A stretch of DNA of 64,000 bases from Anaeromyxobacteraceae bacterium (GTDB lineage: Bacteria; Myxococcota; Myxococcia; Myxococcales; Anaeromyxobacteraceae). A program made the position numbers and the translations under genes. The DNA lies in assembly GCA_032654565.1 (NCBI GenBank), contig JAULAX010000015.1, positions 160,001-224,000 on the forward strand. The letters run 5' to 3'. Positions 35,316 through 44,183 of the stretch are shown in pieces; position 1 is the stretch's first letter, and each line of letters starts with the position of its first letter. The notes below the pieces were generated by a model. It was given only the letters and a program-made list of their open reading frames with translations, did not search any database and was not told where the DNA came from.

Positions 35316-36386
35316 CTAGGCCGCCCCCTCGATCCAGCCGCCACCGACCACCACCTCGCCGTCGTAGAGCACCGCCGCCTGGCCCGGCGCCACCGCCGCC
35401 ACCGGCTGGTCGAAGCGGGCGCTGAAGCCGGCCCCGTCGACGGTCACCGTGGCCGGCGACGCCCCCGGGGCGGAGCGGAGCTGCAGCCCCACCCGGCCGT
35501 CCGCCGGCAGCGCCCCCTGCCAGGAGGCGCGCCCGGCCCGCAGCCCGGACCGCAGCGTGGCGGCGCGCGGCCCCACCCGCACCGTGGCGGTGGCCGCGTC
35601 GACGCCGGTCACGTAGCGCGGCGCCTGCGCCCCGCCCGGGAGGCCGCGCCGCTGGCCCACGGTGAAGCGGGCGTAGCCCTGGTGGCGCCCCACCTCGCGC
35701 CCCGCCTCGTCGACGATGGGGCCGGGGGTGAGCGCCGCCGGGGCCCGCTCGGCCAGCAGCGCCGCGTAGCCGGCCTCGCCCACGAAGCAGATCTCCTGGC
35801 TGTCCGGCTTGTCGTGGACCGGCAGGCCGAGCCCGCGGGCCAGCTCACGCACCGCCGCCTTGTCCGGCAGCTCGCCGAGCGGCAGCAGCAGCCGGGCCCG
35901 GGCCTCGACCGGCAGGTCGAAGAGCACGTAGCTCTGGTCCTTCCGCACGGCCCGGGCCCGGGCGATGGCCGGCGCCCCGCCCCGCTCCACCACCCGGGCG
36001 TAGTGGCCGGTGGCGATGGCGTCGAAGCCGAGAGCGCGGGCCTGGGAGAGGAGCCGGGCGAACTTGACGTCGCGGTTGCAGCCGACGCAGGGGTTGGGGG
36101 TGCGCCCCAGCGCGTACTCGGCGACGAAGCCGTCGATGATCCGGGTGAAGTCGGCGGCCGCCTGCAGCACGAAGAGGTCGACCCCCAGCAGGCCGGCCAC
36201 CCGCCGGGCGTCGGCGGCGTCCTGCGGCGAGCAGCAGCCGCTCCCGCCGTCCGCCTCGGCGGCGGTGCCGAGGCAGACGAAGAGGCCGGTCACCTCCCAG
36301 CCCTGGTCGCGCAGCAGCGCCGCCGCCACCGACGAGTCGACGCCGCCGCTCATCCCCACCAGCACCTTGCCGCGCCCGCCCGCCAT
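35316..36386 (-). CDS. mnmA: tRNA 2-thiouridylase MnmA
   Basis: MSGGVDSS, GRTPNPCVGCN, ATGHYAR, KDQSY, DSQEICF and APGQAAVLY. Confidence 0.95.
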   Translation of the reverse strand: MAGGRGKVLVGMSGGVDSSVAAALLRDQGWEVTGLFVCLGTAAEADGGSGCCSPQDAADARRVAGLLGVDLFVLQAAADFTRIIDGFVAEYALGRTPNPCVGCNRDVKFARLLSQARALGFDAIATGHYARVVERGGAPAIARARAVRKDQSYVLFDLPVEARARLLLPLGELPDKAAVRELARGLGLPVHDKPDSQEICFVGEAGYAALLAERAPAALTPGPIVDEAGREVGRHQGYARFTVGQRRGLPGGAQAPRYVTGVDAATATVRVGPRAATLRSGLRAGRASWQGALPADGRVGLQLRSAPGASPATVTVDGAGFSARFDQPVAAVAPGQAAVLYDGEVVVGGGWIEGAA

Positions 36387-36392
36387 GGCCGG

Positions 36393-38426
36393 CTACTTCT
36401 TCTTCGGCGGGAAGGGGCGGGCCCCGCGCCGCGCCCAGGGCGGCCGCTGCCCCTCGCGGGCCGGGCGCATCGCCGAGGTCATGCGCTGGCCGGGGGCCAG
36501 CCGGCCGGTCCGGCGCAGCGCCTTCTCGATGAGCGGGGCGTTCTCCGGCTCGCCCCAGCGGATCAGCGCCTTCTGCATCCGCTTCTCCTCCGGGTCGCGC
36601 GCCACGTGGATGGGCTTCATGGTGAGCGGCGAGTAGCCGGACCAGAACATGTCCGAGGCCAGGGTCATGGGGGTGGGCATGAAGTCCTGCACCTGCTGCG
36701 GCTTCCAGCGGTTCTTCTGCAGGTACTCCATGAGCTGCACCGCCTCCTCCAGCGAGGCCCCGGGGTGGGAGGAGATGAAGTAGGGGACCAGGTACTGCTC
36801 CTTCCCCGCCTCGGCCGAGTACCTCTCGAAGTCCTTGCGCAGCTTCTCGAAGGACTCGACGCCGGGCTTCTTCATCACCTTGAGCACCGGCTCGCAGACG
36901 TGCTCGGGGGCCACCTTCAGCTGGCCGGAGACGTGGTGGGTGACCAGCGTCTTCAGGTAGCGGTCGCCGTTCTTCTCGTCGGCCTGGGCCAGGTCGTAGC
37001 GGACGCCGGAGCCGACGAAGAGGTGCTTGATCCCCTTCACCGCCCGGGCCTTCTCGTAGAGGTCGATGAGCGGGCCGTGGTCGACGGCGAAGAACTGGCA
37101 GACGCTGGGGTAGACGCAGGAGAGGCGCCGGCAGGCGGTGTGGGCCGCCTCGTCGGTGCAGCTCATCTGCCACATGTTGGCGGTGGCGCCGCCGAGGTCG
37201 GTGATGGTCCCCCGGAAGTTCTCCTTCTTCGCCAGCGCCGTCAGCTCGCGCAGCACGCTGGCCTCGGAGCGGCTGGCCACGTCGCGCCCCTGGTGCTCGG
37301 TGATGCAGCAGAAGCTGCAGCCGGCGGCGCAGCCGCGCAGGATCTGGATCGACCAGCGGATCTGCTCCAGCGCCGGGATGTGGAGGCCGCCGTAGCTGGG
37401 GTGGGCCTCGCGCACGTAGGGCAGCTCGGCGATGCGGTCGAGCTCGGGCGTGCTGGGCGGCGGCATGGGCTCGTTGACCACCACCAGGCGGGCCCGCTTG
37501 CCCACCCCGTGCGGCTGCACCATGACCCGGGCGTTGGCCTCGTTGTGCTCCAGGTGGTAGAGGCGCGAGAAGTCGGCGAAGGTGCGCTTGTCGGCAGCCA
37601 CCGCCTCGTAGCTCGGCAGGTGGAGCACGCCGCGCGGCCGCGACTCCAGCTGGGCCAGCGCCGGCTCGGCCACCGCCACCGCCGTCCCCGGGACGTCGAC
37701 GAGGCCGCAGACGTCCTCGCCCATGGCCAGCCGCCGGGCGATCTCCAGCACCGGCTTCTCCCCCTGGCCGTAGACCAGCAGGTCGGCGCCGGAGGGGATG
37801 AGGATGGAGGGCAGCACCTTGTCGTCCCAGTAGTCGTACTGGGCGATGCGGCGCAGCGAGGCCTCGATGCCGCCGATGACGATGGGCAGGGTCGGGCCGA
37901 AGGCCTGCCGGCAGAGCTTGGAGTAGACCACGGTGGCCCGGTCGGGCCGCTTCCCGGCCACGCCGCCCGGCGTGTAGGCGTCGTCGGAGCGGCGCCGCTT
38001 GGCCGCGGTGTAGTGGTTCACCATCGAGTCCATGGCCCCCGAGGCGATGGCCACGAAGAGCCGGGGGCGCCCCAGCCGCAGCACGTCGGCGGTGGAGCGC
38101 CAGTCGGGCTGGGCGACGATGCCGACCTTGAACCCCTGGGCCTCCAGCACCCGGCCGATCACCGCGGCGCCGAAGCTGGGGTGGTCCACGTAGGCGTCGC
38201 CGCTCACCAGCAGCACGTCCAGCTCCTTCCAGCCGCGCGCCGCCAGGTCGGCGGCGTGGAGCGGGAGGAAGGCGCTGGCGGGCACCGCCGGGGCCCGCGG
38301 GGGGCCACGGGTCGGCTGGTGTACCGGCAGGCCGCGCGGCGCGCCCGGCTTCGGAGCGGTGGCGGCGGGTCGCGGCGGCCCCGGGGAACCCGTCCGCTTC
38401 CCCTGGGTGTCGTCTGGACGGCTCAT
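36393..38426 (-). CDS. ygiQ: YgiQ family radical SAM protein
   Basis: SGDAYVDHPSFG, MDSMVNHYT, RGCAAGCSFC, DLGGATANM, LKVAPEH, PYFISSHPG and QDFMPTP. Confidence 0.9.
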   Translation of the reverse strand: MSRPDDTQGKRTGSPGPPRPAATAPKPGAPRGLPVHQPTRGPPRAPAVPASAFLPLHAADLAARGWKELDVLLVSGDAYVDHPSFGAAVIGRVLEAQGFKVGIVAQPDWRSTADVLRLGRPRLFVAIASGAMDSMVNHYTAAKRRRSDDAYTPGGVAGKRPDRATVVYSKLCRQAFGPTLPIVIGGIEASLRRIAQYDYWDDKVLPSILIPSGADLLVYGQGEKPVLEIARRLAMGEDVCGLVDVPGTAVAVAEPALAQLESRPRGVLHLPSYEAVAADKRTFADFSRLYHLEHNEANARVMVQPHGVGKRARLVVVNEPMPPPSTPELDRIAELPYVREAHPSYGGLHIPALEQIRWSIQILRGCAAGCSFCCITEHQGRDVASRSEASVLRELTALAKKENFRGTITDLGGATANMWQMSCTDEAAHTACRRLSCVYPSVCQFFAVDHGPLIDLYEKARAVKGIKHLFVGSGVRYDLAQADEKNGDRYLKTLVTHHVSGQLKVAPEHVCEPVLKVMKKPGVESFEKLRKDFERYSAEAGKEQYLVPYFISSHPGASLEEAVQLMEYLQKNRWKPQQVQDFMPTPMTLASDMFWSGYSPLTMKPIHVARDPEEKRMQKALIRWGEPENAPLIEKALRRTGRLAPGQRMTSAMRPAREGQRPPWARRGARPFPPKKK

Positions 38427-38557
38427 GGCGGCCCATACATGCTCGTTGCCACATCGTGAAGCAAGTCAGTGACCGCTTCACCACCTCGGGGGGTCGGGGT
38501 ATGATCGGCGACGGGGATCGAGCCCGCCCCACCGGCGCCGTTCAACCACGAGAGTCC

Positions 38558-40303
38558 ATGGCTGATTCGCGCAGCATCATGCAGGAGTTCCGCTTCCTCG
38601 AGCAGAAGCGGCAGGCCGGGCCGCTGACCCCGGCCGAGTCGGCCCGCCACGCCGAGCTCCGCGACCTGGTGGGCTTCGAGCAGCCGCTCCCGGCCCGCGG
38701 CGGGTTCGACGTCACCGCCGCCGCCGCCCAGCTCCGCGAGTCGCTGCTCCCCGCCGGCCTGCGCAGCCGCCCCGTCGACTCGCCGGCGCCGCCGCCCCCC
38801 GCGCCCGCCTGGACCGCCCCGGTCGCCCCCCCGGCGCCGCCCCCCGAGGCGGCCGCCGACGCCTTCTTCGACCCGTCTTCTCTCGATCAGGACCCGTCCT
38901 CGCTCGACCAGGAGGTGCGGCCCCAGGCCTGGAACCCGGAGGCGCCCGGCTACGATCCCGACGCGCCCTACGACGAGGCCGCCTGGATCGCCGCCGGCTA
39001 CGACCCCTCCGCCACCTATGACTGGTCGGCGCTGGGCGGCGCCGATCCCTCCGCCCTCCCCGAGCCGGCCGCGGCCGTCGAGCCGGTGGAGGAGGCGGCC
39101 CTCGAGGAGGCGGTCCTGGAGGTGACGGAGGGCGAGCCGCCGCCGCTCGAGTTCGGTGAGTACGACGGCCCGGGCGCCCCCATCTCGCTCGGCGCACCGG
39201 AGGAGCCGCTCCCCCCCGCGCCGGCCACGCCCGCCCCGGTCTTCGGCGACTACGACACCCCCGCGCCCACGGCGCTGAGCGCGGTGGGCGAGCCGTTCTA
39301 CGGTGGGCCGGAGGGCGACAGCCTCCCCGGCGGCGCGCCGCTGGAGCTGGGCGAGGCACCGGCCAACTGGGCGCCCGAGGGGGCGCTCGACGTCGGCTTC
39401 GAGCTGGCCTCCGACGGCTCCTTCGGCGAGCCGGCGCCGCCACCGCAGGTGGCCCCCTGGTCCGGGCCGGAGCAGGCCGCGCCGGCCGATCTCTGGGCCA
39501 GCGCCCCGGCGCTCGATCTGAGCACCCCCTTCTCGGCGACCCCCATCCCCGCCACCCTGGTCTCGCCCCCGCTGGAGGCGGCGCTGGGGCGGCTCGAGCC
39601 GGAGGAGACGCTGGAGCAGCTCCTCGAGGCGCCCATCGAGCTCACGCCCGAGCCGGACCCCGAGCCGGCCTTCGAGGCGCTGCCGGCCGAGCCGGATCAG
39701 GCCCCCCGGAACCTCGCCGACCTCGACTCGGCCGTGGAGATCGACGTGCCGCCCGAGATCTCCGCCGCCTACGACCTGGTGCCGGCCGCCCCGCCGCCCC
39801 TCGACTTCGGCGCCCCGCCGCCCGCGGCGCGGACCGCACCGGCACCGGCGCCAGCTCCCGCTCCCCTGGCGAAGGCGCCGGCGCCGGTCGAGCCGGAGCC
39901 GGAGATCCGTCCGGCCCCGAGCGGCGGCTTCGCCGTGGTGGCCGGCGTCAACCGGGTCACCGTCCACACCCTCGACGGGCGGGTGCTGCGCGGCACGCTC
40001 ACCGACAGCGACCTGGAGGCGGCGGAGCTGAAGCTCGACACCGGCACCCCCGGCCAGGCCATCGCCCTGCCCACCGCCGACGTCAAGGCCATCTTCTTCA
40101 TGCTGGCGCCCGGCGAGACGCCGCCGGCGGCGCAGGGGAAGCGGGTGCGGGTGGCCTTCCGCGACGGCCGCCAGGTGGCCGGGATCTCCCCCGACTACCA
40201 GGAGGGCGGCCTCGGCTTCTTCATGATCCCGGTCGACACCCGGACCAACACCGGGCGGATCTGGGTCTACCAGGCCGCCGTCAAGCAGGTGACGGTGAGC
40301 TGA
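38558..40303 (+). CDS. Hypothetical protein: short N-terminal helical domain, long Pro/Glu-rich linker, C-terminal duplicated beta domain (DUF6982-like)
   Basis: C-terminus has two related halves (VTVHTLDGRVLRG.../VRVAFRDGRQVAG...), with VKAIFF and GFFMIP. Confidence 0.75.
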   Translation: MADSRSIMQEFRFLEQKRQAGPLTPAESARHAELRDLVGFEQPLPARGGFDVTAAAAQLRESLLPAGLRSRPVDSPAPPPPAPAWTAPVAPPAPPPEAAADAFFDPSSLDQDPSSLDQEVRPQAWNPEAPGYDPDAPYDEAAWIAAGYDPSATYDWSALGGADPSALPEPAAAVEPVEEAALEEAVLEVTEGEPPPLEFGEYDGPGAPISLGAPEEPLPPAPATPAPVFGDYDTPAPTALSAVGEPFYGGPEGDSLPGGAPLELGEAPANWAPEGALDVGFELASDGSFGEPAPPPQVAPWSGPEQAAPADLWASAPALDLSTPFSATPIPATLVSPPLEAALGRLEPEETLEQLLEAPIELTPEPDPEPAFEALPAEPDQAPRNLADLDSAVEIDVPPEISAAYDLVPAAPPPLDFGAPPPAARTAPAPAPAPAPLAKAPAPVEPEPEIRPAPSGGFAVVAGVNRVTVHTLDGRVLRGTLTDSDLEAAELKLDTGTPGQAIALPTADVKAIFFMLAPGETPPAAQGKRVRVAFRDGRQVAGISPDYQEGGLGFFMIPVDTRTNTGRIWVYQAAVKQVTVS

Positions 40304-40381
40304 GCTTCACCCCGGGTCGATGGGGCCTGGCGCGGCGGGCGGCACGGCGCTGGCCGTGGTCCTCGGGCTCGGGGCGGGCCC

Positions 40382-41137
40382 CTAGTTCAGGTACTCGCCC
40401 GGCGGCCGCGGCCCCGGGTCGACGATCTCGAAGCGGCTCCTGGCCCGGCGCAGCTTCGCCTCCCGCCAGCGGCCGGTGAGCCGGCGCCAGCGCCGCCGCG
40501 GCTGGTCGCTCACCAGCAGCCAGGCGATGAGCAGCGCCGCCAGGTTGGGCAGGTAGAAGGCCAGCCGCTCCAGCGGGCCGAGGGCGGGCGGGCCGAGCGC
40601 CAGCGCCCAGGCCGGCGTCCCCCAGCCGATCACCCGGGCCACGGTCAGGCCGCGCATCTCCAGCACGCCGAACCAGCTGAGCCGCTGCTCCGGGTAGGTG
40701 AGCCCCCAGCAGACCAGCAGGGCGTTCACCAGCGGCCAGATGCCGTGGATCCGCAGCTCCCAGCCGACCGGGGCCAGCAGCAGCGCGGTGAGGAGCCCGG
40801 CGCCGCCGGACAGGATCGCCACCCTGAGGAGGAAGACCCGCTCGCCCCAGGCCCCGGTGAGCTGCCGGCCCAGCCAGACCAGCAGCAGGCCGGCGAAGAG
40901 CACGGTCAGGAAGCTGCCGGGGAGCGCCCCCTCCAGGAAGGGCCAGGTCAGGTAGCGCCAGGGCTGCAGCAGACGCCAGCCGTCCTCGACGTCGAGGTTG
41001 AGCCAGCCGCCCAGCGCCGGGAAGATCGTCGCTCCCAGCGTGACCAGCACCAGCGCAGCCAGCAGGCCGCCCACCGCCGCCGGCACCTGCCCGCCCAGCG
41101 TCAGGGCGTCGCGCACCCGGTGACCGCCGCGGGCCAT
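40382..41137 (-). CDS. Rhomboid-like membrane protein (catalytic motif not evident)
   Basis: QPWRYLTWPF, LVWLGRQL...WG and multiple TM helices. Confidence 0.7.
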   Translation of the reverse strand: MARGGHRVRDALTLGGQVPAAVGGLLAALVLVTLGATIFPALGGWLNLDVEDGWRLLQPWRYLTWPFLEGALPGSFLTVLFAGLLLVWLGRQLTGAWGERVFLLRVAILSGGAGLLTALLLAPVGWELRIHGIWPLVNALLVCWGLTYPEQRLSWFGVLEMRGLTVARVIGWGTPAWALALGPPALGPLERLAFYLPNLAALLIAWLLVSDQPRRRWRRLTGRWREAKLRRARSRFEIVDPGPRPPGEYLN

Positions 41138-41334
41138 CAGGCCGGCTCCTTCTCCCGGTAGAAGAACGTGATGGTCAGGCAGTGGAACTCCTGGTCGGAG
41201 CTCTGCGTCACCTGCCGGTCGACCACCTCCAGCCCCGGATGGCCGGCCAGCCAGCGGGTGATCTGCTCACCCATGACCTCGCGGTCCCTCGCCAACGTCG
41301 TCGAGAAGACCTTCACGCCCGTGAACGCCACCAT
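41137..41334 (-). CDS. Small hypothetical protein (65 aa)
   Basis: FTGVKVFSTTLARDRE...QSSDQEFHCLTITFFY; GGAGG RBS; TGATG overlap with the rhomboid-like gene. Confidence 0.8.
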   Translation of the reverse strand: MVAFTGVKVFSTTLARDREVMGEQITRWLAGHPGLEVVDRQVTQSSDQEFHCLTITFFYREKEPA

Positions 41335-41491
41335 CGTCGCCCTCCCCGCCGCCGTCATCCGCGTCGGGGCAACCTACCGTCGCGGGGCGGGGCGGGCAAG
41401 AAGACGGTCGGCCGGGCGCCGGTGAGGCGCGGTCGCCTGCCACGCCGGGCGGTCCGGCGCTCGCCGCGGTGGCCCGCCGTGGGTGGGCGTC

Positions 41492-42688
41492 CTACGGCCG
41501 GGCCAGCAGCAGCGCCACGCCCTGCCCGCCGCCGATGCAGGCCGAGCCCAGGGCCGCCCGCCCGCCTCGCCGCTTCAGCTCGTGGCAGAGGTGGGCGGTG
41601 ATGCGGGCGCCGCTGGCCGCCAGCGGGTGGCCGAGCGCGATGGCGCCGCCGTCCACGTTGGTCAGGTCGCGCGGCAGCCCCAGCGACCGCTCCACCGCCA
41701 GGTACTGCGGGGCGAAGGCCTCGTTCACCTCGAAGAGGTCGAAGTCGCTCAAGGCCGCCCCGGCCCGCGCCAGGGCGTTCTTCACCGCCGGCACCGGCCC
41801 CAGCCCCATGCGCCCCGGCTCGACGCCGGCGTGCCCCCAGTTGACCAGGCGGGCCAGCGGCGCCAGCCCCTTCTTCTCCGCCCAGGCCCGGCTGGCCACC
41901 ACCAGCGCCGCCGCCCCGTCGGCGATGCCGCTGGCGGCGCCGGCGTGGATGACCCCGTCCTTCTTGAAGATGCGGGGCAGCCTGGCCAGCCCCTCCAGCG
42001 TGGTCTCGGGGCGCGGCGGCTCGTCCTGCTCGACCCGCACCGGCCCCTTCTTCCCCTCCAGCGTCACCGGGGCCAGCTCGGCGGCGAAGCGCCCGGCCGC
42101 CTGGGCCGCCCCCCAGCGCCGCTGCGAGAGCACGGCGAACTCGTCGACCTCGGCCTGGGTGAGGCCGTGGTCCACCGCCAGCTGCTCGGCGGTGAGCGCC
42201 ATGGGGAGGCCGACGTAGGAGTCGGTGAGCGCGCTCCAGAGCGAGTCCTCCACCGGCGGCGGCTTGCCGAACGGGTACCCCCAGCGGGCGTCGCGCAGCA
42301 CCAGCGGCGCCTGGCTCATCGACTCGGTCCCGCCGGCCAGCACCACCTCGGCCTGGCCGGTGAGGATGAACATGGCCGCCTGGATCACCGCCTCGAAGCC
42401 GGAGCCGCAGAGCCGGTTGACGGTGAGCGCCGGGACCGCCTCCGGGACCCCGGCGCGCAGGCCGACGTGGCGGGCCAGGTAGATGGCGTCGGCCGAGGTC
42501 TGCAGCACGTTGCCGAAGATGACGTGGCCGACGTCGGCCGGGGCCACCCCGGCCGCGGCCAGCGCCGCCTTCGAGGCGTGGACGGCGAGGTCGGTGGCGG
42601 AGAGCGACTTCAAGGCGCCGCCGAAGGCCCCGAAGGGCGTCCGGGTGGCGGAGAGGATGACCAGCTCGACGGGACCGGCGCTCTTCAT
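41492..42688 (-). CDS. Acetyl-CoA C-acyltransferase (thiolase)
   Basis: RTPFG, VNRLCGSG, GGTESMS, EVNEAFA, GGAIALGHPLAASG and ACIGGGQG. Confidence 0.95.
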   Translation of the reverse strand: MKSAGPVELVILSATRTPFGAFGGALKSLSATDLAVHASKAALAAAGVAPADVGHVIFGNVLQTSADAIYLARHVGLRAGVPEAVPALTVNRLCGSGFEAVIQAAMFILTGQAEVVLAGGTESMSQAPLVLRDARWGYPFGKPPPVEDSLWSALTDSYVGLPMALTAEQLAVDHGLTQAEVDEFAVLSQRRWGAAQAAGRFAAELAPVTLEGKKGPVRVEQDEPPRPETTLEGLARLPRIFKKDGVIHAGAASGIADGAAALVVASRAWAEKKGLAPLARLVNWGHAGVEPGRMGLGPVPAVKNALARAGAALSDFDLFEVNEAFAPQYLAVERSLGLPRDLTNVDGGAIALGHPLAASGARITAHLCHELKRRGGRAALGSACIGGGQGVALLLARP

Positions 42689-42714
42689 GGCGTGCTCCCC
42701 CTTGGTGGTGGCGT

Positions 42715-42870
42715 TCAGCGTCCCAGCAACCCCTTCACGGCGAAGCCAAGCACCGCCACCGCCAGCAGGCAGGTGAGCAGGGCGACCGGCTGGAGCCGGC
42801 GCGCCGCCGGGGCGTGGCGCACCAGCATGAGCAGGGCGAAGGCGACGGCGAGGCCGTGGAAGACCGGCAT
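42715..42870 (-). CDS. 51-aa two-TM small membrane protein (not in ORF track)
   Basis: MPVFHGLAVAFALLMLVRHAPAARRLQPVALLTCLLAVAVLGFAVKGLLGR*; fills the tatC-thiolase gap, starting 4 nt after the tatC stop. Confidence 0.6.
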   Translation of the reverse strand: MPVFHGLAVAFALLMLVRHAPAARRLQPVALLTCLLAVAVLGFAVKGLLGR

Positions 42871-42874
42871 GCGA

Positions 42875-43696
42875 TCACGCGGCGGGGGCGGCGTCGGCCG
42901 GCGTCTTCTTGCCGAGGATGCGGGCCAGCACGATGCCCACCTCGTAGAAGAGGCACATGGGCACCGCCATCAGCGCCAGGTTGAGCGGGTCGCCGGTGGG
43001 GGTGATGACGGCCGCCAGCAGGGTGTTCACGATGATGGCGTGGCGCCGGTACTTGACCAGGAACTCCACCGAGACCAGCCCGACCATGGCCAGGAAGGCG
43101 ATGATGACCGGGACCTCGAAGACCACGCCGAAGCCGAGCAGCATGGCCATCACCAGCCCCAGCTGCTCGCTGATGGAGAGCATGGGGACCATGGTGGCGT
43201 CGCTGGCGATGGCCAGCATGGCCGGGAAGGCCGCCGGCATCACCAGCTTGAAGCAGAACCAGGCGCCGCCGTAGAAGAGCAGCGTGCCCCAGAAGAGGAA
43301 GGGGATCACCACCTTCTTCTCCTTCTTGTAGAGCCCCGGGGCGATGAACTGCCACACCTGGTACAGGATCCAGGGCGCCGCCACGAAGACGCCGCCGTAG
43401 ATGGCCACCTTGATGTAGACCATCATCGGCTCGATGGCGCTGGTGTAGACCAGCTTCTGGGCCCCCGCCGGCAGCGCCAGCCGGACCGGCGCCATCAGCT
43501 GGTCCACCAGCCACTCCACGAACGACCCCACCGCCACCATGCCGGCCAGCAGGCCGTAGAGCGAGAGCAGGAGGCGCTTGCGCAGCTCGCGCAGGTGATC
43601 CCAGAAGGTGAGCTTGGACTCCGCCCCGGGCTTGACCTCGGCGGGCGCGGGAGGCGCGGGCGCTGGGGGGGCGGGCGCTGCGGCCGGCTCGGTCAC
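42875..43696 (-). CDS. tatC: Twin-arginine translocase subunit TatC
   Basis: FWDHLRELRKRL, QVWQFIAPGLYKKE, FGVVFEVP and AVITPTGD. Confidence 0.95.
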   Translation of the reverse strand: MTEPAAAPAPPAPAPPAPAEVKPGAESKLTFWDHLRELRKRLLLSLYGLLAGMVAVGSFVEWLVDQLMAPVRLALPAGAQKLVYTSAIEPMMVYIKVAIYGGVFVAAPWILYQVWQFIAPGLYKKEKKVVIPFLFWGTLLFYGGAWFCFKLVMPAAFPAMLAIASDATMVPMLSISEQLGLVMAMLLGFGVVFEVPVIIAFLAMVGLVSVEFLVKYRRHAIIVNTLLAAVITPTGDPLNLALMAVPMCLFYEVGIVLARILGKKTPADAAPAA

Positions 43697-44133
43697 GCCG
43701 GCCTCCCCGGGTCGGCGGGCGGTGGCGGGGCGGACGGCGTCGGTCCCGAGGCGGCCGGAGGCTGGGGAGGAGCCGCTGGCGGCTGCGGCGCAGAGAGCGG
43801 ATCGACCAGCGCGGCGTCCAGGCCGGGGACGTTGTCGACGGTGGCCGCGGGCGGCGGGCCGGAGGTGCGGGCCGCGGCGGCGGCGGCCACGGCCGGGACC
43901 GCGGGCGCGGTGGCCGGCGCCGGCGCCTCGTCCCCGTCGATGGCCTTCTTGACCGCCTTCTCCACCGAGTACATCTCGGTCTCGAGCTGGCCCTTCAGCC
44001 CGTCGGTGGCCTTCTTCAGGTCCTGCAGCGTCTTGCCCAGCATCTTGGCCGCCTCGGGCAGCTTGTCCGGGCCGAGCAGGACCAGCGCCAGGATGGCGAC
44101 GATGACGATCTCTCCGAAGCCGAGGCCGAACAT
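43693..44133 (-). CDS. tatB: Twin-arginine translocase subunit TatB
   Basis: MFGLGFGE...LVLLGPDKLP plus amphipathic helix; overlaps the tatC start. Confidence 0.85.
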   Translation of the reverse strand: MFGLGFGEIVIVAILALVLLGPDKLPEAAKMLGKTLQDLKKATDGLKGQLETEMYSVEKAVKKAIDGDEAPAPATAPAVPAVAAAAAARTSGPPPAATVDNVPGLDAALVDPLSAPQPPAAPPQPPAASGPTPSAPPPPADPGRPA

Positions 44134-44183
44134 GCGGTGCGGTCTATAACACGGGGGGCGGGGGCGGGCCGGCGGTCGGGGCC

